From positions 1 through 64,000 of the IMG/VR virus record IMGVR_UViG_3300003316_000399: a stretch of 64,000 bases of DNA, one strand, 5' to 3'. This stretch comes from a virus. Its lineage: Duplodnaviria > Caudoviricetes. Made by a program: the position numbers and the translations under genes. Under the pieces are notes generated by a model. The model did not search any database and was not told the DNA's origin. It was given only the letters and a program-made list of their open reading frames with translations. Position 1 is the first letter of the stretch. Each line of letters opens with the position of its first letter. This document shows positions 46,901 to 56,900 of this stretch, one piece after another.

Positions 46901-47643
46901 CCATCCTCAAAATATGACCAATATACTTTAGAACTCCTATTCCTAGGCCGCTGTGTAAAATGAACTGTTCCACCAGGATCAGCATATACTCTCCAACCAA
47001 TAAGTTCACATATTTGCTGAATAGCATCATAAACATTTGTTAAATGAAATGTTACTGGTGATATATCTCCAATAAAGAAATTAGTTGGATTAACTTGTAT
47101 CTCTGAACCTTCTCTTAATCCAGTCATTACAAGCATCCATTGCACCACTGCTTCTGCCTTCACACCTTCATTTGTATAATTTCCATTAGTCTCTGGATGA
47201 CTTGAATTCAATGCCGCTAGTGAAGAATATTCATGTATTGTAAATGTACCACCATCAATATTACTATACGTACTATAGTAATAGGTTTCGGTATTTATGT
47301 CAAGGCCAAATTTGATTTCCTGGACAAGATATGTATCCATAGCTTTTTTCAGCACATCTCGCGCACGAATTGTTACAACGCGTTCACCAGCATCAGATCC
47401 ATTTGCATCAATAAATCCAGTGAAAGTTGTGTTTGTTGATCCATCATATCCCTGGCGCACGACAATTTTGTCCTCTGGATTTATTGATCGCGTATCCATA
47501 TACGTAACTGTACATTCACTTAAACTATCCTGTATTGAATGGCTTATTTCGACACTTAATACATTATTTATCTTTTTTCCATTAATTTCAACTACATAGG
47601 TAGGAGATTTTTCATAAGCATTAATACTATCTTTTAGGCTCAT
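43924..47643 (-). CDS. tail tip protein: baseplate-hub N-terminus, PKD-like domain, and BNR/Asp-box beta-propeller region
   Basis: Hub-like GY..FTGFID..ARD and DAIQQICELIG; SPDAGYTW, TENAGSSW, STTSGEAW, TLDAGGTW and TNDGLSW Asp-boxes; downstream of the tape measure. Confidence 0.8.
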   Translation of the reverse strand: MSLKDSINAYEKSPTYVVEINGKKINNVLSVEISHSIQDSLSECTVTYMDTRSINPEDKIVVRQGYDGSTNTTFTGFIDANGSDAGERVVTIRARDVLKKAMDTYLVQEIKFGLDINTETYYYSTYSNIDGGTFTIHEYSSLAALNSSHPETNGNYTNEGVKAEAVVQWMLVMTGLREGSEIQVNPTNFFIGDISPVTFHLTNVYDAIQQICELIGWRVYADPGGTVHFTQRPRNRSSKVYWSYFEDGDDGNIHSISKERTNTDLRNYVEVRGASGIRFVARSTSPYIGNTPYRGVLISNELIDTPEMASYTARRVLTDLNRLKETVSMEADGNPFLVPALTVSIDSSVADGYYVIEEISTSMSSENGYTMQMTLTTYPGDVSPDDRIDYGTVTPTFTYNVSLETITSGIQIAELFLDASNVFSSAPVTSYLWTNNYDSQTASGQSAMMFFNPAPSGMDVTLYVTDELGASGTITQQVLISGAAYAGARILSFAAGTSWYVSPDAGYTWNSAELESTTVVPPIGPTNNTLRPEPPSGIFTDGGIGLMANGGAFGGILYTSNDYLQTSFLDIKYTDPINTIQFIWQNEGFPERVMLALGNEIILTENAGSSWIPIEAPGEVSFVLENPTLPGNFEILVGNKVYWSTTSGEAWDEVLAGPLGSIASYYTSGQDKHWVSFTGVTSGAVVRSVEGDSIFFSQNASPSGLYDVSSITAMTMAINRPELYVFDDRGGVWICPVVGGDARFSCFLPGEYPNNVANHAIRDPELDIVYVATNGGLVKYFPLMGSGIVMKECLPGEVGYMVGYDGTPGRRVKAEIIVGTASAENTRDGIWHYKDGAWLKKTPPLPDIKWQIVRGRPKSPDHWVILGTSGSRRLDDIPFPPTNLHIYETLDAGGTWQELAFNFPAFNPWSSSEPIFTLATVMGMEIAEDGTIYLFGVSGKEDVNSNGTLWVRTPGTDFFAARLLATGPLPDDATEDSNVGQIHNIFLGEGSKIYILEGDNAGTNTYGGWFILPSWSSNYTWTTPRNRVDLGESRSFAAGRFGDVKLETLQMFSPNENAFVGLGARSMSVNPNIENQGLGNTLPFWTEGRDYSAGNSYTKEPKNPENTGLGFLRSIQIAEHGMYLASEGLVPEEAGLFKNTESDNLTMEFLPAIYPLKIVYNMRSGRGYRKNVGAYVKTISSIDGFYVTNDGLSWGFVPNPSGWVDGDFTQEGETVWSSWDIVERDVTPSGILPVAPSGL

Positions 47644-47655
47644 AATAAATATCTC

Positions 47656-48030
47656 CTATTTCATTTCGATAAACTCAGCATCATAATGCCAAGATGGTCT
47701 ACCAGCTAGAAAATCTGAGCGATTCATAATTAGTTCGGCTTTAAATCGAACTAATCTAGCACGCTTACTCATACCATGATGATCTATTAATGTTGAAACT
47801 TTACCATTTGTAAACCAACTATTTAATTTTACAAACAGCGCTGGACCATCAACACCAATCATATAACCACTTATTTGTCGGCGTGCTGATTTCGCGCCAA
47901 CATCGTGCAAGACAGATATTGTACTGCCAATGGGATTTTTCTCGACAAGTAATAATTCTTTATCCCATCCGCTATCGGTAGATGGATTAATGGGCCAATC
48001 GTAATTATCAAATTTCCATGCAATACGCAT
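47656..48030 (-). CDS. distal tail protein-like
   Basis: Position between tape measure and hub; WPINP motif. Confidence 0.55.
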   Translation of the reverse strand: MRIAWKFDNYDWPINPSTDSGWDKELLLVEKNPIGSTISVLHDVGAKSARRQISGYMIGVDGPALFVKLNSWFTNGKVSTLIDHHGMSKRARLVRFKAELIMNRSDFLAGRPSWHYDAEFIEMK

Positions 48031-48053
48031 TTAATAAAGCTCCTTGTTATACT

Positions 48054-48096
48054 AAAAAAGTCGGGATCAGAAACATCGATTTTCTGATCCCGACTT
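48054..48096 (-). terminator. intrinsic terminator after the tape measure gene
   Basis: 16-bp stem AAGTCGGGATCAGAAA/TTTCTGATCCCGACTT plus a T run. Confidence 0.8.
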
Positions 48097-48099
48097 CAC

Positions 48100-51000
48100 C
48101 TAAACTTGTCTATCCCTTAATGATCTTCCTGCTTTTAATCCTTGACCACCAGTGCTTTGCGCCTTACCAACACTAGCTCCTGGTGAAACAATATTACCCG
48201 GTTTACCATTTATCATTGCTTTCGCAGCACTGCCACCTTGATTAGCTTGTCCATTTACAATTATCTGCAGGGCAATCGGAGTAGCTGCTAGTAACGCAGC
48301 GAGATCAAATTTTCCTAACGCGGCTGCCGCAGTTCCAAGAGCTGTGGAAAAACTCGATATAGATTTTACATCTAGATTTTCTTTAGCAAAAGTTGACATA
48401 CGCACCGCAGCTGTTGCCGACACTTTTGCTAACATACCGAGTTCATTGTTCGATTGATTTGCTCTCTGTCCTAAATCTTGTAAACTATTTTTAACTGGCT
48501 TGCTACTGTTAGATAAATCTTCTAACCAACCTCGTCCACCGCCACCACCGCCACCACCTGACCGTTGCGCGGCTTGCTCCCGCATTGCGATGCTTTTAGC
48601 ATCTATTCGCTTTGATGTATTAACATCTCGATAGCTATATAAATCATATTCTTCTTCAATATTTCGAGGTGGTGCTGGCATTGAAGGTCTAAGATTTTCT
48701 AAAGCTTCATCGATAAATGGTAGATCTGGCTCAGTGATAACACGACCTGGAGTTCCTGGTGTTGGGTATCCCATTGGAGCCGCACCCGGCATAATAGTAT
48801 TACCAAGCGCAGCGAGATTTGGCGCCTCTTTTGTTGAACCTTGCTGACCTTGTAGAATTGCTTCTGCCAGCTGTTTAGCAAAGTCCATAGTTACCATGCC
48901 CTCTTTGCCCATTTCTGGAGATACATAGTTTACACTACCAGTTTCTTTTCCTCCTGCATTATAATAATCCCACACGGTTGGTGCGCGGTAATTTCCTGGC
49001 AAGTTATAGTGACCGCGTAACTGATCATTGCTTTCCGTATTCTCGTCTATTGCCATGCGCAAATACTCTTGACTTAAACCTGTTTGCATAAGTAAATCGT
49101 TATTCTTGCGCATGATCAATAAGCGTTCATCACTGTATTTCTCAGCTAAATCCGGTGCTAGATTTACAGCCTGGCTTTGTAGCTGTTGCGCGCGCTGAAT
49201 AATTTTTTGTGTTTGCTCAGGAGTATATTCAGAAAGATCAACGGTTTCCGGTGCTTTCAGTTGTTGTCGTTTCTGTTGTTGCTGTTGCAAATATTCATTC
49301 ACAAAACCCTGATTTATTCCAGCAACTGATTTATAAGAATCTCCGCTGCTCATCAGAAACTGCTGTTTTGAAAACTCATTACCCCAGGCCGGAAACATAC
49401 TTGTTAGATCACTTTGCTTTTGCCGTGCGTAATCCAACGCGGCGGATAAATCCTCAGTTTTATAATCTGAAACATCAAAAATATTAGGCGCTTGGAATTG
49501 TGCCGGTGTCCCTGCGATAACAGTTGTTTTCCTTGCGTCTTTTTGTGATTTGATCAAACCTAACGATTTCATAAGTGTATCTGGCTCTTGCTTAACCATT
49601 GCCAGGTATGCACGATATTCTACAGCAAGCATCTGCCGCGCCTGTAGCTGCTTTTGAACCGCGTCGTAACTTTGCGTTGCTTTAGTATGTTCTTCACTGG
49701 AGGTATCTATATATTCCGGCGTCTTTGCAATAGCAGTTGCCTGTTCTTGTAATGCGCTATATTCCTCCATAAAATTCTGCATCTCAACAAGTTGGGAAAG
49801 CTGTTGCTGGAACTCATTTTGACCTTCAGAGCCAATCTGATATAGCATCTTGTTCATGCCGGAAGTATCTTGACCAAGTTTTCTAGCAAGAGGATCAGCA
49901 ATCGCTAATGTATTTGGCAAAGCTTCCAATGAAGATCTTGCAGTTTGGTACTGTGACATTACATCTTCAGCTGCCTGACCAGTAATACGACCTGAACTTA
50001 TGTCGTTAAACTTGCTACTAAATACAGTGTTTAAACGCTGTGTTTGTCGTCCAAACGTGCCAAACTCAGTTAAGCCTGTTGGTACTTTATAGGTGTATTG
50101 TGATAACTCCCGCATATCGGACATCTTTGTTCTAATAGAATCAAGTGTTTCATTGATTCCACCAAAAATATCGCGCCCTTTTGACGTTTCTGAATTCTGA
50201 CTCTGCTGCAAATCGCGTATGGCTTGCTGGACTTGCTCTTGTTCTTTGATCTTTGCAGTAATTTCAGTATTCTCATCTTTTGCCTGCGTGAGCAGGTTAA
50301 GAAATTCTTTAGGATCTGATATACCAGAGTTCTGATAAAGTGATTTAAGATCGGGAGAACCCTCTAGCTTATTATAAAAATTCTCTACATTACCCAATGC
50401 ACCAACCCGGTAATTTGCTAAGAAAAAGTTATCTTGTATCGAGGAAGGATCACCGGCATTGGCAATCAGTCTTTCGTAATTCTTTAAATTCTCGGATGAC
50501 ACGGCAGTACTTGGTCCTGAAATTGGTGATTGTGAAAGAATTTCCTTTAATGCGTCGGCTTGCTCATAGACATTTTCTATACCGCCGGTTGATTTTGCCT
50601 CGGCATAAGCTGATGCGAATTTCTCTTGTTCCCGTCCACTAGTGCCCAAAAATGTTCCATATACATCAAAATACTCTGATACACCTTTACCAATCATATA
50701 TCCAACTTGGGCACCAAGAGGACCTCCAACAAATGCACCTGCAAACCCACCCGCAATACCGGCTCCAACATTCATCATATTCTCGCCACTAAAACCCCCC
50801 ATTGCAACATCCATACCGATGGGTAAAGCGAGATCTCCAAGTGTTCTACCAGTTTGTCCTAGAATTTTACCTGCTCTGGTATTCATGAAACCAGATACAC
50901 CAACTGCAGTTGGTTTGTCAGTCACACCTTTTAGAAAACTGTTTACTGCACCTAATCCCTGAACATTTGCAGTAGCAATTTTACCAACCTCAGCAACCTG

Positions 51001-54000
51001 CATTAAATCAACACTTAATGCTTTTGCAGCTGAGCCCAAGACCGATAGTGATTTTGAACCAGAAGCCTCCATGCTGGTAAAAATTTGCGCCAGGGCACGT
51101 CCTGCACCTGTTGCTGGTTGTAAAATTGCACGTAAGCCTAGTGTTAACTGTGATGTAAAACTGCGCACAGTGGTTGCCGCCATATTTATTACTTTAGCTA
51201 TCCCGGAAAAAGCATTCATCCCTGCCGTAAATACACCAAGGAATCCTATAATAACGGCTTGTAATGCTTGTTTTATCGTCTGAATAACTTGTGGATTTCC
51301 TTTTGCGGCGTCTGCAATTTCACGCATACTATCAGCGACACGTGTTAACGCGTTGCCAATATCATCCATCAATCCACTACCGAACAAAATTTCCTGTAAA
51401 AAGAGTGCAAAAGAACCTTGTAACTTATTTAGTGCTCCGGCGAAAACTTCACTTTTTCTTTTCAGAACTACATCAAATTCCTCACCGGTCATCTTTCCGC
51501 CCTCGGATGTGGGTTGCAGGGTTTGCTGAATTCGATCTACTTCAGGAATTGATTCGATTAACTTTTTAGCCTCGTTTGCCCGCGCACGACCGCCGAATGC
51601 CTGTGTAATCTCTTTGGATTTATATGGCATGTCATTCATCAAAGTATATGAATCTTTTAAAATATCATACCAAGATCTAAATCCAATGGTACCATCCTCA
51701 TTTACCTGCCGAACAGCGATTCCCAGCTTCTCTAAATCATCACGGCCCTCTCCATATGTACGTTCCATCAATGCTTTAATTGAGTTAGATGTTTCAACTG
51801 GAGATTTATTTAACTTGACCGCCGATGCAGCAGTAATTGCTAACAATCTATCTTGTGATAGACCAGCATCGCCTGCACTAGCGGCAAGCTGGGCATAAAC
51901 TTGAATCAGATCACTTCCTGCAGCTCCAGATTCCCTTTGGGCAACAACTAGTTTACTCATCAAGTTATTAAGTTCACTGACCGCAGCGGCGGCTCTAGCC
52001 GATGGATCGGTAATGCTTTCATCAATAGAGTCTCTGAGTTGTGCAAAAATAGCTGGTATTGATTCTAGAGATTCTTCTAATGAAATTCCGAATACAGTCT
52101 GTGACCCTAGCTGCGTTCTTGACAACGCGTTGCTGATCTCTTGCCGTTCACGCATATCTTGAATGGGCGCTAAAACTTTGAAATTTTGTATATTGGTCTG
52201 CACACCTTCGGTGAATCCCTGACCAGTTTCCACGGCGGTATCAATACTGTTGTATAAGAAATCCGATCCTGCTCTCTTTGTGGTACTAATATCAATTGTA
52301 CCGCTTGAGCTTTCTAAGAGTGTGCCTATCTCTGCAAGCTCATCTTGCATATCAACAATTTGTCCAACTAATTCTTGTAATTTGAAGATAAGATTCTCAA
52401 CGAATTCATCAGTAATTTGACGCGGTATTTCAATTGCCACCTGTTCTAAGAATTTTGAAAGTGGATTTTCTTTTGGTGTATCAAGAACTAAATTATTAAA
52501 TTCATCAATTTTTCCATTGAGTTGCACCATTGCGCCGGATGTTGTTTTTGCACTAATCGAAACGCGGTTGATCCCTTCATTAAAATCATAGACATACTCT
52601 GTATTGAAGCTTTCTCTATCCAGACCTTCACCAGATTTTTGCATCAATTTGAAATTAACTTCATCATATAAATCTAGTTGTTTGTTGGGAGATACTGCAC
52701 GACCAGCCGAGTAGGCTGCCATATTTATAAATCTGTCTTTTAAACCGCCAAACATGCCACTACGCGGCTTTGAAAAGTATTCAAAAGAAGGGCCAATGCG
52801 ATCTGGTAGAATTCCAGCCACTACATTACCAAGAGACAATGGGTTCTCTGGATCAGAGATCATTGTTTTGATCTGATTTGATAATATAGCCTGCATTGCG
52901 GCTTCAGAAGCGCGTATTGCTTTCTGTTTCATGCTGCTATTATTTGTAGAAACATTAGGATCTGGAATTCGCATTTCTTCGTAAGCGGCGGATAAAGCAC
53001 TTCCTATATCCGAACCCAAGATGCTAGAAATATACTCTGGTATATTACTAGTGAATTGATTCTTAAACGATGTGAATGATGTTTTAACTCTTTGCACCCA
53101 ACTCTGTTTTGTCGTGGATTTTAAAGCCGATGGTGCTTCATTAGAAACTGGAGTGGAAGTAACGCCGGGCATCTGTGTAGATGTTTTATCACTGTTAAAC
53201 GAAGGATCATAGAAAGCATATCCCTGAACCTGTGATGCAGCTCGATCCAATTCTTCACCGCTGGCGTTAATAGCAATTCCAATCGATTTATTTAGCTCCT
53301 CAACGCGTTCTCGCAATAGAACAATACCTTCTTTGCTGTACGTGTCGGGTGAGATTTCTTTAAGCGTTTTTGTAGCAATATCAAATAGCTCATTACCATA
53401 TAAACGTCTAAAGAAATTTATAAATTCGGCCTTTCCTGAAATTAATGCTTGTGAAACATTTGATAAAACTTCACCGCTTTTGAAATAGTAATCTTGATCC
53501 TTAAGAGCACCGCCCAAATCCTGCATCTGATTTTGGTCAAGAATATTGCTCGCAACGCGCATTGCTTGTTGTTGATTACCAGGTGTTGTGAGATATGCAC
53601 GTCTTTTAGCAATGGATTTCTCAAGATCAGTATTTTTAAGAGCTTTATCTCCAGCTGAAAATGTTAAACCGTGTGTTAATTCGTGAATAATAATATCAGT
53701 ATCATCCATGTATGTTAACGCGGTGCGATCGTCTCTATTTGTAAAGCCAAACGCTGTTTTCCGTCCGGTATTTCTATCGGTGTACGGTAACGATGCGCCA
53801 CTATAGCCACCGGCTTGTTTTGCAATTTCTGGAGCAACGCCCATGCCTTCCATTGTTGATACCATTCCCGAAGATGACAAGACCGCATAACCGGAAGCCA
53901 AACCCTTCTGAAAACTTGTGCCCTCAGAAAAATTCATAATTCCGGTTTCAATAATCTTCATGCGCTTAATATCTTCGGGAGACATTGTCTTTAACGCCTC

Positions 54001-56592
54001 GCGGCGCTGGTAATCTGCTAGTGGATCTCCAGTGCTTAAATCACCTGCGAAATCCTTGTTAATATTGGATTGCTTTGCTGTTTTTGATCCTGTTTCATAC
54101 CCAGCAATATTTCTATCCAACGCGTTGAGAATTCTTAATGCTTGTTCTTGCTGCTTCTCATTTAGAAAATCTTTATTGTTACTATACTGTTCCTGTAAAA
54201 CTTCGTAACCCGCACGTGTAAGATTATTAACTTTGGTCTGTACACCTTTTGGTAAAAATGGCATTACATTGTTGTTAAGGAAGCTCACACCAGCTTCACC
54301 AAAACTAAGCATAGTATCAGCACGTCGAGCAAATGCACCTTTATCAAAATCCTTAAATTTATTTGTTCCAAGGATTCGATCCATATTTAACACAGCGCGC
54401 CAAATATTTGTCAGTGCATAACCGATGTCAACAAAGGTACCAGGATTAAGCTGTCTAATAGATTCATCAAAAATCTCAAGTGCGTTAACAATTGCACCAA
54501 GCTGATTTGTAGCACCTACAAATTTTGCAACGCGTTGTGCTATTTTATTGACTAGACTGTCTCCGGTATCAGATTGCTTTAAAGTTTGCTCCAATCGGCG
54601 TTTTGTTTCTTCAACACGATTCGGTGTATAGCCCTGAGTAGGAGCCTGTCCTGAACGTCTGTAACTACGCGCCGCTTCTGGAGATTCAGCACTTATGTTT
54701 GGAGTTTCATCCGATGAAAGAAATTTAGCAAACTTTGTGACATTATTGAATAAACCTTTTGCTTTATCAACAAATGTTGAAGATGGATCTTTCACAGGAC
54801 CAAGCGCTGTTTTAATAGCATTGGCAATTTTTGATGATAAACCTTCCTCATTAATATATGCTGTATTACTTGAGTTTTCATCGCCGGATTGCTCACCAAT
54901 AAACGCGACTAATTTATCAAAAAATGCGCCAAGGTTCTGGTTTTGTGTAAATGATCCTACAGTATGAAGATCTTTAGCAACCTCTACTCCATTTGTTGAT
55001 CTTTTAGACTCATATACACCACCCATGCCAATAGAATCAAAAGCTGTAGGTCTAATATTTTTATTAATCTGATCAAATAGCAATCTAAAACCATCAGAAA
55101 CGCGTTTTGTAAAAGCATCAATGACTCTCTGAAATCCAGAATTAATTGTATTACCAAATTGATTTATAGAGGAAAGACTATTGGCAGATATAGTATTAAA
55201 AATACTCTTACCCATATCTAATAACTTTGAAAAACTATTAGCTGGATTTATTGATGCAAACTCATCGCGTACTTTATCAGACAATCGAGTTGAAAGCGGG
55301 GCACGCATTGCTGCAGGTGAATTTTCATCATCTCCAGGATTAATGTTTCTGCCTAAACCAAGATTGATTGCATCTCGAAATCTATCATTGTTATACTCAA
55401 TACCTAAATTCTGTTTAAAGTTATAGTTCAGTGTTCTAAAATCTGGTAATGATACGTTTCTGATATCAGAAGCAGCATTCGGATCTTTTGCTAATAGAGA
55501 TCCAATACTTCTAAGTTGCGCGATACGATCGTTGGACAACACCTGTCCGGTTTTTTGAGATGCTTTGATGTAATCATCAACAATCTTATTTGCAATACGC
55601 CGACGCTCAATCAGCATTGTTTTTACACGTTGATAAACTTCACTATCAACAGCAGCTGCTCGATCAATATTTTCCTGCTCAATCTGTATCTGATCAGCGG
55701 GACTAACAGCCGCAGCCTTCGGCTTTCGTGTTCTCTTGGGTTTTGGTATACTCTCCTGAACCTTTGCTTCGGGTGCCTGTTCTTCAATATCGCGGCGTAT
55801 TTCCTGTGCAACCTGTTGCTCACGGGAGACATCTGTACCAGCGGGTGTTTTTTGCTCAGGATTTGCTGGGTTTATACCTGTAATATTTAAATTTCCAGCA
55901 GCTTGCAAACGCACGAGCATTTGCTCCAATGGCTTTAGATGTGTAACAAGATCATCAATACTCTTAAAATTCTTACTGTCTATTTCAATTTTAAATGAAT
56001 TAACAGCCTGTTTTAAGGTATTGATATCCTTAGCAAGTTGCTTAAAATCTGTACTGGATGCATTTGATAAAGATTTTGAGAACGATGTAAAATCATTTAT
56101 AAATTTGTTAAAACCTGTATCATTCTCATTTATATTTGGAGCACTAAAATTAGTTAATTTTTGTTTTATTGAATCTAACTCGTTACCCACGTCTTTAAGT
56201 TCATTAGCTAGTGTTGACACTTCAACACGCGTTTTCTGGAATGAGTTAGCAATGCTTTGATTTGTAGATGACAATCTTTCTAAAACACTCGCTTGGCGCT
56301 CTAGAGCGTCGGTTAGCGATGTTAAACTACCCGAATCTAATCCTTTTAATACATCGCGTAATGCGCGCATATCCTGCTGCATCTGTTGAACATTCTCAGG
56401 CTTTAATTTTCCAAGACTGATCTGTATACGGTTGATAGCATCAACAAGTTGGCTCGCGTCTTTCGCCTCGGCAACAAGAGCACTAAAACGCGAGCCAAAC
56501 TTCTCAAGTCTGTCGTCAGCAGAGCTAATAACGCCGAGGAGGTCAAGTAGAACATTTTGTATTTCAGCCACTCGATTATCAAAATCTGACAT
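48100..56592 (-). CDS. tail tape measure protein (2830 aa) with internal HExxH motif
   Basis: Long helical protein after tail tube and chaperones; TMP core LEKLGIAVR...FRSWYDIL; Gly/Ala-rich hydrophobic segments; HELTH at 53671-53685. Confidence 0.9.
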   Translation of the reverse strand: MSDFDNRVAEIQNVLLDLLGVISSADDRLEKFGSRFSALVAEAKDASQLVDAINRIQISLGKLKPENVQQMQQDMRALRDVLKGLDSGSLTSLTDALERQASVLERLSSTNQSIANSFQKTRVEVSTLANELKDVGNELDSIKQKLTNFSAPNINENDTGFNKFINDFTSFSKSLSNASSTDFKQLAKDINTLKQAVNSFKIEIDSKNFKSIDDLVTHLKPLEQMLVRLQAAGNLNITGINPANPEQKTPAGTDVSREQQVAQEIRRDIEEQAPEAKVQESIPKPKRTRKPKAAAVSPADQIQIEQENIDRAAAVDSEVYQRVKTMLIERRRIANKIVDDYIKASQKTGQVLSNDRIAQLRSIGSLLAKDPNAASDIRNVSLPDFRTLNYNFKQNLGIEYNNDRFRDAINLGLGRNINPGDDENSPAAMRAPLSTRLSDKVRDEFASINPANSFSKLLDMGKSIFNTISANSLSSINQFGNTINSGFQRVIDAFTKRVSDGFRLLFDQINKNIRPTAFDSIGMGGVYESKRSTNGVEVAKDLHTVGSFTQNQNLGAFFDKLVAFIGEQSGDENSSNTAYINEEGLSSKIANAIKTALGPVKDPSSTFVDKAKGLFNNVTKFAKFLSSDETPNISAESPEAARSYRRSGQAPTQGYTPNRVEETKRRLEQTLKQSDTGDSLVNKIAQRVAKFVGATNQLGAIVNALEIFDESIRQLNPGTFVDIGYALTNIWRAVLNMDRILGTNKFKDFDKGAFARRADTMLSFGEAGVSFLNNNVMPFLPKGVQTKVNNLTRAGYEVLQEQYSNNKDFLNEKQQEQALRILNALDRNIAGYETGSKTAKQSNINKDFAGDLSTGDPLADYQRREALKTMSPEDIKRMKIIETGIMNFSEGTSFQKGLASGYAVLSSSGMVSTMEGMGVAPEIAKQAGGYSGASLPYTDRNTGRKTAFGFTNRDDRTALTYMDDTDIIIHELTHGLTFSAGDKALKNTDLEKSIAKRRAYLTTPGNQQQAMRVASNILDQNQMQDLGGALKDQDYYFKSGEVLSNVSQALISGKAEFINFFRRLYGNELFDIATKTLKEISPDTYSKEGIVLLRERVEELNKSIGIAINASGEELDRAASQVQGYAFYDPSFNSDKTSTQMPGVTSTPVSNEAPSALKSTTKQSWVQRVKTSFTSFKNQFTSNIPEYISSILGSDIGSALSAAYEEMRIPDPNVSTNNSSMKQKAIRASEAAMQAILSNQIKTMISDPENPLSLGNVVAGILPDRIGPSFEYFSKPRSGMFGGLKDRFINMAAYSAGRAVSPNKQLDLYDEVNFKLMQKSGEGLDRESFNTEYVYDFNEGINRVSISAKTTSGAMVQLNGKIDEFNNLVLDTPKENPLSKFLEQVAIEIPRQITDEFVENLIFKLQELVGQIVDMQDELAEIGTLLESSSGTIDISTTKRAGSDFLYNSIDTAVETGQGFTEGVQTNIQNFKVLAPIQDMRERQEISNALSRTQLGSQTVFGISLEESLESIPAIFAQLRDSIDESITDPSARAAAAVSELNNLMSKLVVAQRESGAAGSDLIQVYAQLAASAGDAGLSQDRLLAITAASAVKLNKSPVETSNSIKALMERTYGEGRDDLEKLGIAVRQVNEDGTIGFRSWYDILKDSYTLMNDMPYKSKEITQAFGGRARANEAKKLIESIPEVDRIQQTLQPTSEGGKMTGEEFDVVLKRKSEVFAGALNKLQGSFALFLQEILFGSGLMDDIGNALTRVADSMREIADAAKGNPQVIQTIKQALQAVIIGFLGVFTAGMNAFSGIAKVINMAATTVRSFTSQLTLGLRAILQPATGAGRALAQIFTSMEASGSKSLSVLGSAAKALSVDLMQVAEVGKIATANVQGLGAVNSFLKGVTDKPTAVGVSGFMNTRAGKILGQTGRTLGDLALPIGMDVAMGGFSGENMMNVGAGIAGGFAGAFVGGPLGAQVGYMIGKGVSEYFDVYGTFLGTSGREQEKFASAYAEAKSTGGIENVYEQADALKEILSQSPISGPSTAVSSENLKNYERLIANAGDPSSIQDNFFLANYRVGALGNVENFYNKLEGSPDLKSLYQNSGISDPKEFLNLLTQAKDENTEITAKIKEQEQVQQAIRDLQQSQNSETSKGRDIFGGINETLDSIRTKMSDMRELSQYTYKVPTGLTEFGTFGRQTQRLNTVFSSKFNDISSGRITGQAAEDVMSQYQTARSSLEALPNTLAIADPLARKLGQDTSGMNKMLYQIGSEGQNEFQQQLSQLVEMQNFMEEYSALQEQATAIAKTPEYIDTSSEEHTKATQSYDAVQKQLQARQMLAVEYRAYLAMVKQEPDTLMKSLGLIKSQKDARKTTVIAGTPAQFQAPNIFDVSDYKTEDLSAALDYARQKQSDLTSMFPAWGNEFSKQQFLMSSGDSYKSVAGINQGFVNEYLQQQQQKRQQLKAPETVDLSEYTPEQTQKIIQRAQQLQSQAVNLAPDLAEKYSDERLLIMRKNNDLLMQTGLSQEYLRMAIDENTESNDQLRGHYNLPGNYRAPTVWDYYNAGGKETGSVNYVSPEMGKEGMVTMDFAKQLAEAILQGQQGSTKEAPNLAALGNTIMPGAAPMGYPTPGTPGRVITEPDLPFIDEALENLRPSMPAPPRNIEEEYDLYSYRDVNTSKRIDAKSIAMREQAAQRSGGGGGGGGRGWLEDLSNSSKPVKNSLQDLGQRANQSNNELGMLAKVSATAAVRMSTFAKENLDVKSISSFSTALGTAAAALGKFDLAALLAATPIALQIIVNGQANQGGSAAKAMINGKPGNIVSPGASVGKAQSTGGQGLKAGRSLRDRQV

Positions 56593-56610
56593 GAAATATT
56601 TCCTCCTCTT

Positions 56611-56877
56611 TTAATCTTCTATATCTTCTATATCGACGGTCGCAGTCGTTCCTGTGGAAGATTTATTACTACTTAGTGATGGGTAAAGTTTATCAACATG
56701 CGCGCGCACGAATTGTGGATAATCCCAATATTCTTCTGGCACTGGTTCAATAAGTTCCAAATACGAATCATATCTTTGTCTCAACATAACCGCGTATGTA
56801 ATAGTGTGCGGCCAATCCCAGACTGATAACAAATCTTCATGCAGCGGCCTTCCTGTAGTTTTAGCAATATTCCACAT
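56611..56877 (-). CDS. tail assembly chaperone, C-terminal (gpT-like) part reached by -1 frameshift
   Basis: In the -1 frame relative to the upstream gene, with an open bridge LAKTAQFSI from the slippery site. Confidence 0.8.
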   Translation of the reverse strand: MWNIAKTTGRPLHEDLLSVWDWPHTITYAVMLRQRYDSYLELIEPVPEEYWDYPQFVRAHVDKLYPSLSSNKSSTGTTATVDIEDIED

Positions 56878-56900
56878 TATTGAAAACTGCGCCGTCTTTG

